Shown: piece by piece, positions 9,528 through 17,450 of the stretch
Numbering within the stretch: position 1 is the stretch's first letter
Layout of the letters: each line of letters opens with the position of its first letter
Notes under the pieces: model-generated
Databases searched by the model: none
What the model was told of the DNA's origin: nothing
The model's input: the letters and a program-made list of their open reading frames with translations, nothing else
Program-made: the position numbers and the translations under genes
IMG/VR virus record: IMGVR_UViG_3300031552_000001
Span: 64,001 to 128,000 of that record
DNA length: 64,000 nt
Direction: 5' to 3' (one strand)
DNA from: a virus

Positions 9528-9893
9528 ATGACAACCTCCAAGAAACACCTAGCTAAAACCAGACTGCAATGGGTAGAGCATGCTCGACTAGGCATTCTCA
9601 GTGCTGTAGGGGAAGATGTCGTAAAACCCCAGTTTAGAGTATTCTCTACTGTAGATCCTCTTCGATTCATATTGAGCATTAACCTTACACTACCACTAGC
9701 AAAGAACACCAGGAAACCTCTGAGAGACTATATACGCGCATGGGCAGAAGAATTCGGCTGTGAAGTGCCTGTTATAGACATTCAAAACTCTAGAGTTCAA
9801 GCAGAGGTACTAACTAAAGAAAGAGTATGGAGTAGAGATGCAAAAGGTAAATTCACTAAGGGGGCAAGAAGGTTTGAACGCAGGCCTCGATGA
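9528..9893 (+). CDS. Hypothetical protein
   Basis: 121 aa; first gene of a plus-strand block. Confidence 0.6.
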   Translation: MTTSKKHLAKTRLQWVEHARLGILSAVGEDVVKPQFRVFSTVDPLRFILSINLTLPLAKNTRKPLRDYIRAWAEEFGCEVPVIDIQNSRVQAEVLTKERVWSRDAKGKFTKGARRFERRPR

Positions 9894-10491
9894 GTGCGGT
9901 ATGGGAGCCCTTTGCGGGCCCGTTACAGTTTGCGTTGCTGCCTTTCCGATAGGCCCATGCCCGGTAGAGGGCGTAGAAGACTCTAAGAAGCTGACATTCA
10001 AAAAGAGGATGGAGCTGGCGCCCGTTCTTATGAAGAAAGCGTCCTTCTTCAATATAGGATGGGCGCACCCCTCAGTAATAGATAAAGAGGGGCTGAGTGA
10101 GGCCTGGAGAAGAGCGAGTTTAGACGCCCTTGAGGGGCTCCCGAAAAACACCGACCTCCACATAGACGGGGTAAATACCATACAGGGGTATACGGGAGTG
10201 CAGACTGCGTACGTAGATGGAGACGACTTCATTTGGCAAATTTCCGCAGCCAGTGTGATAGCCAAAGCAGCTAGAGACTTAGAAATGATAGGAATGAGCC
10301 GATATTTTCCTCATTATAGATGGGAAAGAAACATGGGGTACGGCTCAGCAGCTCACATAGAGGCACTCATTAAGCTAGGCCCCAGCTTTTATCATCGAGG
10401 AAGGTACCTCGTCAAATTGTTTGAAAAGCATAAGGATAAAATAAACGTAGCTAAATGGGGTAAATGGATGGAATCCTGGATTCCGTACTGA
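9838..10491 (+). CDS. rnhB: Ribonuclease HII
   Basis: AGLDECGMGALCGPV, VEDSKKLT, IDG, GDD...ISAASVIAKAARD, NMGYGS..H. The true start may be slightly downstream. Confidence 0.93.
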   Translation: MQKVNSLRGQEGLNAGLDECGMGALCGPVTVCVAAFPIGPCPVEGVEDSKKLTFKKRMELAPVLMKKASFFNIGWAHPSVIDKEGLSEAWRRASLDALEGLPKNTDLHIDGVNTIQGYTGVQTAYVDGDDFIWQISAASVIAKAARDLEMIGMSRYFPHYRWERNMGYGSAAHIEALIKLGPSFYHRGRYLVKLFEKHKDKINVAKWGKWMESWIPY

Positions 10492-10503
10492 AAGGCAAGA
10501 CAT

Positions 10504-10974
10504 ATGACTAAAACACAAGACGCCATATACGAGCTAGTTTCGGCACAGTCCGCTCTCAATACGCCAACCCCGTCCTCGTGCCCGTCAAATTATGTGGAAC
10601 ACGCGTACGGTCATATTTCTAACGCTTTACGCATACTAACAGCCGACGAGACTATGAAATTGTCGCGTTGGACAGTCTCCATTGGAACTGAGAGGTTGTT
10701 ACAAAAAACCAGTTGGTGCACATTAGACAAGTCAGGGGAACTCAGTATAGACTTACTAGCATTTATCCGCGCTTTCGGATACGAAATACCTGATAGCCAC
10801 AAAGAAACTGTCGTAGAGGAAGTCGGACATCGTGTACGCTCAAGACTGCCTTTCTTACGTACTAACGCTCCCCCTATAGACACCATTAGCGCTATCAAAG
10901 CCATAATACTCAGCGAATTGAGCCAACTGGAAAGAGAAGGCTATTTCTGCGAGATGATCTGCTTACGCACTTAG
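10504..10974 (+). CDS. Hypothetical protein
   Basis: 156 aa ORF directly after rnhB. Confidence 0.55.
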   Translation: MTKTQDAIYELVSAQSALNTPTPSSCPSNYVEHAYGHISNALRILTADETMKLSRWTVSIGTERLLQKTSWCTLDKSGELSIDLLAFIRAFGYEIPDSHKETVVEEVGHRVRSRLPFLRTNAPPIDTISAIKAIILSELSQLEREGYFCEMICLRT

Positions 10975-10981
10975 CGTAAAG

Positions 10982-11001
10982 AGGATCATCTCCTTGATCC
11001 T
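10982..11001. terminator. Possible hairpin between convergent blocks
   Basis: AGGATCA-TCTCCT-TGATCCT; the U-tract is weak. Confidence 0.35.
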
Positions 11002-11194
11002 AGTGAAGAGCGGCTATTTTACTGAGTTCGTCTAGAAAAGACGACAGTACACTAGCGCTCTTCTCTACCTTTTCGGGGAGCTTCAAGCCCGTACTAGCAT
11101 TGTCCCAGTGTACTACGTCAGCGGGAGTAATGCCTGCTTTTCGCGCTCCAGCAGAGTGGAAGAATCTTCTTTGACGCTCACTTTTGTACGGCAT
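11000..11194 (-). CDS. Small phage protein (MPYKS...R-FF type) with C-terminal FLDELSKIA tag
   Basis: The MPYKSERQRRFF...WD..STGLKLPEKV pattern is one I recognise from small phage proteins. It ends SFLDELSKIAALH. Confidence 0.7.
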   Translation of the reverse strand: MPYKSERQRRFFHSAGARKAGITPADVVHWDNASTGLKLPEKVEKSASVLSSFLDELSKIAALH

Positions 11195-11199
11195 ATTTC

Positions 11200-12756
11200 T
11201 TAACTCGTAGACATTGCCATATAGCGCAACTCATCCAAAAATGAGCAAGCCAGTTTTTGAAAGTATAGAGGCCCACAAAAATTCTTCCAAGCTGTTTTCT
11301 CTATCTCACCTTTTTCAAGATGCCATCCACTAAATCTTGGTTGAAAAAGAGCACCCCTGTCCTCAGTTCCGAAACGCTTTGTCGCCCTCACTTTTGCTAC
11401 TCTCCCAATATATTTGTTCTGGTTTTTCAGCATATCCTTGCCCATAGCGTGAGGAAAGCCCCCTACTTGTCCTACAATAGGCCCGTCTTCTGTCCAAGAG
11501 TAGCTTACAGAGCCGGCTCTATCGTGAGGCTCTCCCGTTTTTCCACTTACGGCAGGGTGTATTTTCCTTACATAGACATCAAAATCCGGAATGATTTTTG
11601 CTTTTGTTGGGGCGCTAGAAGACTGCTGTTCCACAAGGACTACGCCCTCTCTTGTAAGGGGGTACTTGCCTGTTATTATGCTTTTAAGAAGGGAGGATTT
11701 ATCTTTGGGTGTTAATGCCATTTTCGGCATCCAAAGGTCTTTAATTTTTTCTTCTACCTCTTTAAGGATCTTTAACTTCTCCACAAAAGGTGCGTCCACT
11801 ACAGATTTACCCTTATGTCTTACAACGTCGAAAGGGAACGCATGTAAGGTCGCATCCAGCTCTTTTTGTTTATCTCTACTTTCCCATACCTTCGTATTGA
11901 GAAGGCCCCCTATCACCTCTGACGGCAATGCCTTCCCTTTAGAGTCTAACGCTATAGTTTCTCCTCGAAGTATAGTTTTATCCAATTCCTTAGGAACTTT
12001 GTCCTTCAGCAGCTCTGTCAGTTTATGCGTGTGTTCAATAAGGCCGGTCGGGGTCAGCTTTCCTACTCTATAGGAGAATACTCTTGGAGCGCGCCCGGCC
12101 TTCAAGTCTATTATAGAATGAGCCCCATCAAGCTTAGGCATCATAATCTGGTCAGTTCTATTTGGGTCTACTTTGTCAATGTCTACTTCTTTATAACTGG
12201 CCTTACCAGAAGGTATATCCGGCCTACGTTCTCTAGTAACTGTCTTGTTGTGTATGAACCACCTTCCAGCGTCATCTCTGCGGATAGAAAATTCTTCAGG
12301 GTGCCTTTTGTCGTATAGGTTAAATCTAAGCTTAGTTCCAGGTGAGTCATCAGGCGCCGCATGATAAACGTCGGCTTTTGTTCGCCGGCCTTTCTCTACG
12401 ACCCCCTTTCCGTATTCGGTAGATATACGACCCAAAAAATCCATATACGGAATAGTATGGTCGTAGGTGGGCACCAATAAAGAAGACTGGCCGGGCTTTG
12501 GGAGCTCTTTTCGTCTTGGTAATACAAAAGAGTGAGCAACGCCGGTCTCGGGGTTGCCTAAGCGTAAGTCTACATGCGGGCCGGCTCTTTCTGCTAAATG
12601 GGGGTGAGCGGACATCTCCCAAACTTCTGGTTTTACCACCTTAGGCAGAGCAGTCACCTTTCGTTTAGGCACTCCAGGACCTAAACCACCGTCTTGATAG
12701 TAACGACTTTCCCTTTTCGTAACCCTCGCTGCTATCTTCTCCAGACGGCTAAGCAT
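11200..12756 (-). CDS. lig: ATP-dependent DNA ligase with N-terminal LigD-like phosphoesterase domain
   Basis: Motif I PKLDG, III LRGE, IIIa FPFDV, IV EGVV, V KAKI, and OB-fold QPRF. The N-terminal HLAERAGPHVDLRLG resembles the LigD phosphoesterase H-x-A...H-x-D-x-R-L motif. Confidence 0.85.
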   Translation of the reverse strand: MLSRLEKIAARVTKRESRYYQDGGLGPGVPKRKVTALPKVVKPEVWEMSAHPHLAERAGPHVDLRLGNPETGVAHSFVLPRRKELPKPGQSSLLVPTYDHTIPYMDFLGRISTEYGKGVVEKGRRTKADVYHAAPDDSPGTKLRFNLYDKRHPEEFSIRRDDAGRWFIHNKTVTRERRPDIPSGKASYKEVDIDKVDPNRTDQIMMPKLDGAHSIIDLKAGRAPRVFSYRVGKLTPTGLIEHTHKLTELLKDKVPKELDKTILRGETIALDSKGKALPSEVIGGLLNTKVWESRDKQKELDATLHAFPFDVVRHKGKSVVDAPFVEKLKILKEVEEKIKDLWMPKMALTPKDKSSLLKSIITGKYPLTREGVVLVEQQSSSAPTKAKIIPDFDVYVRKIHPAVSGKTGEPHDRAGSVSYSWTEDGPIVGQVGGFPHAMGKDMLKNQNKYIGRVAKVRATKRFGTEDRGALFQPRFSGWHLEKGEIEKTAWKNFCGPLYFQKLACSFLDELRYMAMSTS

Positions 12757-12765
12757 ACAGACGCC

Positions 12766-13365
12766 TTACTCAGTTTCAGTAACCAAGAGATGATTAAGCG
12801 GTTCGCATGCTTTCCTAACGAACTTCTCTATGCCTACCAAAATAGCGGTATTTTTTGCCCTCTGGAACTGAACTACATAAGCCCCTAGTTCGGGCACTAG
12901 TTCTACAGCCGCGTCGCCGACCCACATGGCATCCACGGCATCTTTAATGAGTTGTTTTATATTTTCAGGAAAAGAAAGTGCAGAAGCTTCTTCAGATCTT
13001 CCAGGTGTGTAAACTAGCCCGGTGTGCCCACAATAGCCGCAGGCCTTTACCTCTCTGTTAGACACATCAACTACCGCTCCGCAATTTTTGCATTGAGGCT
13101 CATAGTGACCCTCTACCCACTTATCTTCTACGCCCGCCCTAGGAAACAAATGTAAAAGAACGTCATCTTCCTTAATCGTGTACTCAACAAAAAGCCGAGG
13201 TAGGTCAGTTATTTTTTCCAAAATTACGGGAGAGGCCGTCATAGGACGAGTACTCGCCGATACTTCAGATAAAGCATCCTTGGTATCGTAATACCACTCA
13301 GGCATCACCATTCCCGGCATCGCCTTCCTCACTTTCTTCGCGGAATTCACCTTCATCTGTTCCAT
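12766..13365 (-). CDS. Hypothetical protein with a zinc ribbon
   Basis: CKNCG...CGYCG; the true start is probably downstream of 13365. Confidence 0.65.
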   Translation of the reverse strand: MEQMKVNSAKKVRKAMPGMVMPEWYYDTKDALSEVSASTRPMTASPVILEKITDLPRLFVEYTIKEDDVLLHLFPRAGVEDKWVEGHYEPQCKNCGAVVDVSNREVKACGYCGHTGLVYTPGRSEEASALSFPENIKQLIKDAVDAMWVGDAAVELVPELGAYVVQFQRAKNTAILVGIEKFVRKACEPLNHLLVTETE

Positions 13366-14206
13366 CTCCGCTGTAAGAGCCAGAAGGCCCTACTAAATCG
13401 GAAATGGCAGGTATGGCTTCGTCTTTATGCGCCATTATCCAATGTCGCACTTCTTTGAGTTGCTCTTCATAGCCGCCACCCTCACCATAAAGAATATCGT
13501 ACAGAGATCGCAGCTCCCTACACAAAGCTGTGAGGGTTTTTACATTTCCATACCCATCAGCCTTGTACGCTAAGTGTTGTATTCTAAAAGAAATCTGTCG
13601 ATGGGAGTCTCTCAACGACTGTTTGTAATCATATTTTGGGTTCAAACCAGCTCTGAACAATGCTTGCTGCTCGCCACACAGCAACGGGGCCATGTAGTCG
13701 TCGTACGCCAAGTGATTACCAAGAAACAAATCCCACTCTACTCTAGTAAGGTTTCTCCTTCTCCAAAAATAGTGCTCGTAATAAATAATCATGCTCTCTG
13801 TAAGAGATTCAGATAGCCTATATTTCCTGCTCAACTTATCGGCGATTACGCTGTACGGAACATCCCCCATTAGAAGAATATGGAGGTCGTGCTGGTAGCT
13901 TTTATCCCCGTGCTCCCCGAATATATCAGTAAGCACTCTTTTCATCGGAGCGTCTGGGCGCCAAATAGTATATATACGCTCCTGCTTCATGAACTGAATT
14001 GTAGGAGCATGCCTTGCGTTATTAAAAAGGAAGTCAGGCGGAGCTTGAAAGGTTTCTAACAAGGTCTCCCAGCTTTCATCGCGAATGCTCATAAGCCCTA
14101 GATTGCGTAGAGTAGTGTTTATAGTGTCTAATGTAGGGGTTTTTTCTGGATCCCCCCAAGAAGACGCAAGAAGATACCGAATATAATACTCACTAGGGTG
14201 TCTCAA
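13298..14206 (-). CDS. Hypothetical protein, acidic C-terminus
   Basis: 302 aa ORF within the operon. Confidence 0.7.
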   Translation of the reverse strand: MRHPSEYYIRYLLASSWGDPEKTPTLDTINTTLRNLGLMSIRDESWETLLETFQAPPDFLFNNARHAPTIQFMKQERIYTIWRPDAPMKRVLTDIFGEHGDKSYQHDLHILLMGDVPYSVIADKLSRKYRLSESLTESMIIYYEHYFWRRRNLTRVEWDLFLGNHLAYDDYMAPLLCGEQQALFRAGLNPKYDYKQSLRDSHRQISFRIQHLAYKADGYGNVKTLTALCRELRSLYDILYGEGGGYEEQLKEVRHWIMAHKDEAIPAISDLVGPSGSYSGDGTDEGEFREESEEGDAGNGDA

Positions 14207-14231
14207 AGCTCGCCTCTATTCTGGTTCAGAG

Positions 14232-16259
14232 TTAATTAGAAAAACTCAGCTCTTTTTGCTGAAGAGACTGTAAACCTAAAATTACGTCTTCCAACGCCGC
14301 AAGCATTCGCTCTACGGCAACTTCTGGGACCTCTTTAAGGCCAATCCTAACCGCTAACAAAAGCTCGGCTAATTTAGACGACGCGGCTTGCAGCGCAGGC
14401 AATAGGTCAACGAAAGTAGAGACGTTTTCAGCGTTTAGAAACCCCAAACCCAAGATCTTGTCCGCTGTAAGCGCATCATCCAGTACAGTAGCTTCCTTAG
14501 CTAAAAAGTAATTGTAAATAGGGGGGTTTAGCTCCGACAGTTCCTTTTTTAGCTCTCCTCTGATGGAAGCTAGCTTCTCTCCTACAGAACCCAACACCTT
14601 GAGGCCCCCTACTGAAACTCTCTCCCCGCGTTGGGCTCTATCCAAAGCAGTTTTACAAAACGTCGGCTCCATGCCCAACGCTACCCCTAAGAACATCGCA
14701 TCTTTTCTGTTGACGAATTTGGTGTAGTCCGAGGCAACTTTAGCAATCGCGGGCCCTCTGAACGTAAATATGTCTGCGGTATCGCCTACTATATCCACCG
14801 TGCCAAGCTTGTTATCGAACGCGAGTTTCGAAAACATAGTAGGGTCAGAAACGAGCTCCGTTTTACCTCTCAGGGGCATCCAGTTTAAGAAATTGGGGAG
14901 CACCCACTCCGATTCCCCCATCTGTACTGGCTTGGCTAGTCCTTCTCCAAAAGAAAACGTTACTTGACCCCCTAGCTCTGTTTCCGCCAAGAAACGAACC
15001 CCTGTTGGGGACTGCATTGAGCTGATTACCGTCATCGGAACAAAAGCTTTTGCCGTACCGTGGTCTATGTAATAAAGAGTGCCGTACCCTTTTGGTATCC
15101 CTTTTGGTATATCAGTGGACTTACCGGCTACCTCACCCGCAATTGTTTCCTGAACAGCGTACTGGGACCCATTGGTGAATAGCGACAGAGGAAGTACCTG
15201 CAAATCCAATGTCATGATCTTTGGAAACACCCACCCTATAAGAGTGTTGCCGGTGCTATCTTGCACTTTCCAAATACCAAACGAATCGGCGGCCTTCACC
15301 TCTTCAGCTTCTAAGGTTTGCTTCACAGGAGCGTCAGGACTTACTGTAACAGAGCCGTCACTTTCCAGCCGTTCTTGCATGTCCTGATCACCCATCATGT
15401 CTTGGGCAACCGACATGGGCACCTCTTCCTGCTGAGGAGCAAACATGCCGTCCGTAGCCCACTTCACTAGCGCTCTGTTGGTTCCCAGCTTACTTAGCTG
15501 TACAACAGTAGGTTTAATATGATTGGCTACGAAAGAAGCTACTTTTTCTGGGTCTGAGGGCGATAGTCTAAGAGCAGAAGCAAACGCTGCCTTTACCCCT
15601 TCGTTTCCATTACGTACTGCCGCATTCATCGAAGGGTCTGATAATGCTTCTTTAAGTCTCGAAGCGTGACCTTCTTTAATACGCCCGTATAGCAACGGCA
15701 AAAGCGGAAGATTTTCAATTTCCTTTTGCGCACTTCCTACTTTCGCCCCTCCAGAACCAAAACCCCCAAACCCCGATCGAAGAGGGGGCTGCAAATCATT
15801 GACCAGAGAGGGGTCCATTGGTCGAAGCCTAGTAACGTCAAAAGCCTCTGGCCTCATAAGCATCTCTCGAAGTCGGCTCTCTGTTAGCCTGTAATACTTC
15901 TTACCACTAATAAAAATATCCAAAGGAGAGAGCATCTGCTCTTTTACGACAATAGGTATGTGCGCTTTGTCTAACCCGGACGTCTGCATTTCCTCTACAG
16001 TCATCGCCGTTTTAGGCCTAACCTCAATAGAGCCGAAAGCGTAGCCTCTCTCTTCATCTTGCTTGTCTATAAGTACATGTACTTCATACGTGCTCAGATA
16101 CGGAAGCTGCTTGTACGCCTCTTGAATAATCTCTTGGGGCCAGTTATCGACATTATCCCCTAATCTGGTAAGCATCCCAGCAAGCTTTTCAGTTCCCTCA
16201 AATTGGATAGGGGCGTCAAGGAACAGGGCTTCTTGTACAGACATGGTATTTCTCCTCAC
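14232..16259 (-). CDS. Hypothetical virion/head protein rich in K-x-A motifs
   Basis: 675 aa; KLAG, KVAS (twice), KLAF, KTAL, KLAS, KEAT, KLAE. Confidence 0.75.
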   Translation of the reverse strand: MRRNTMSVQEALFLDAPIQFEGTEKLAGMLTRLGDNVDNWPQEIIQEAYKQLPYLSTYEVHVLIDKQDEERGYAFGSIEVRPKTAMTVEEMQTSGLDKAHIPIVVKEQMLSPLDIFISGKKYYRLTESRLREMLMRPEAFDVTRLRPMDPSLVNDLQPPLRSGFGGFGSGGAKVGSAQKEIENLPLLPLLYGRIKEGHASRLKEALSDPSMNAAVRNGNEGVKAAFASALRLSPSDPEKVASFVANHIKPTVVQLSKLGTNRALVKWATDGMFAPQQEEVPMSVAQDMMGDQDMQERLESDGSVTVSPDAPVKQTLEAEEVKAADSFGIWKVQDSTGNTLIGWVFPKIMTLDLQVLPLSLFTNGSQYAVQETIAGEVAGKSTDIPKGIPKGYGTLYYIDHGTAKAFVPMTVISSMQSPTGVRFLAETELGGQVTFSFGEGLAKPVQMGESEWVLPNFLNWMPLRGKTELVSDPTMFSKLAFDNKLGTVDIVGDTADIFTFRGPAIAKVASDYTKFVNRKDAMFLGVALGMEPTFCKTALDRAQRGERVSVGGLKVLGSVGEKLASIRGELKKELSELNPPIYNYFLAKEATVLDDALTADKILGLGFLNAENVSTFVDLLPALQAASSKLAELLLAVRIGLKEVPEVAVERMLAALEDVILGLQSLQQKELSFSN

Positions 16260-17431
16260 TTCGAGAAAGTCGTAGTGGACAGCAGCTCAGCGAGCTGCCC
16301 GTTAAGAGACGCTAAAGCAGGCGCGGCTACAACAGGCGTTCCTGGAGCAGCGCAGGTAAAAGAGGATATTTGGGTTATCAAGCTGGTAAGAAAAGACACT
16401 AATTTATCCCCTTTGACGAAAGGAGACGTAGCTCCGTTACCGAGGTGTATTACTGGAGAGTCTAACTGAGCTTTAGTCGCACTTTTCAGAACGGCTTCCG
16501 TTTTTCCTTCTACTACTACCCGTGCGGACGTAGACCTTACAGCAGTCTCTTGCTGAGCTTCTGCCGTAAATGAGCTCCCTGCACTCAACTCTATAGAGCC
16601 GTCAGTGGCACCCATGACAATATCTCCCTCAGACACCGTCAGCCCCCAACTCTTTTTTACTTCCCATGCTATACTTCCTTCTTTGGAAATATCCATATGA
16701 GCTACTATAGCCGCGCCCTCTTCTCCAGACTCAAACACCTCCAACAGCAGTGTAGTAGCTTCGCTCTCCCCGTGGGAACCAATACTAAGCGTAGCAACAT
16801 GCCCTCGGTCGTTCCCTTTTTCCTTAACCTTCAAAGAAAATTTTGTTAAGGCCTCACCGTCCGTGGTCTGGTCATCTCTCTCTGTGCTCCACACGAGCTC
16901 TCCACCAAAGGTAAAAAGCTCATAGTTCTCACAAAAATCTCTAATGAAATTTCGAATAGGGACGTACATTCTTTGGGCTGTTGGAGTGGCCCCTATTTGT
17001 ACTACTCCCCCCCGTCTCAAAACTACAAAGTTCTCGTCTCTCGTTCGTAACATAATATCGCCGGGATTTAGGGTTTGTCTTCCTCCTCTAAAACCGTCAA
17101 AATCCATGTCATGAGCGGACTGAAAGCCTAAGACAAAAGGAGCAGCAAACCTGCCCCCGCTGGGGACACACACCCACACCATAGACCCTACTTCCGGTTG
17201 TGCGTAAACACCCTCTCCATTAGCGAAATGAAAATACGGGCTCATTACCTGTAAGTCAAAATACCTCTTATTTCCCAGTTCGCTAATGCAGTCTACACTC
17301 CAGCTCTCTATGTTAACGTTAATCACTCTACACGTTTCTATAGACGCTCCTCTCCATTCTGACTCTAATATGCTAACTGGTTGTGGAGGTCTGCCTGTAG
17401 GGCCTAAGTTATTTAAAGGGGTAGTTGGCAT
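16256..17431 (-). CDS. Baseplate spike/gpV/Gp5-OB-like protein
   Basis: N-terminal OB-like RVINVN...PEVGSMVWV, a beta-rich repeat region, and C-terminal FVKGDKLVSFLTSLITQI...PGTP, typical of baseplate assembly protein V-like genes. Confidence 0.65.
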   Translation of the reverse strand: MPTTPLNNLGPTGRPPQPVSILESEWRGASIETCRVINVNIESWSVDCISELGNKRYFDLQVMSPYFHFANGEGVYAQPEVGSMVWVCVPSGGRFAAPFVLGFQSAHDMDFDGFRGGRQTLNPGDIMLRTRDENFVVLRRGGVVQIGATPTAQRMYVPIRNFIRDFCENYELFTFGGELVWSTERDDQTTDGEALTKFSLKVKEKGNDRGHVATLSIGSHGESEATTLLLEVFESGEEGAAIVAHMDISKEGSIAWEVKKSWGLTVSEGDIVMGATDGSIELSAGSSFTAEAQQETAVRSTSARVVVEGKTEAVLKSATKAQLDSPVIHLGNGATSPFVKGDKLVSFLTSLITQISSFTCAAPGTPVVAAPALASLNGQLAELLSTTTFSK

Positions 17432-17450
17432 TGTATGGGGGCCTTTAGCT

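Noticed and set aside
11320-12318. Several plus-strand ORFs over the ligase
   Set aside because: Antisense shadows with no motifs; the ligase frame has full catalytic motifs.
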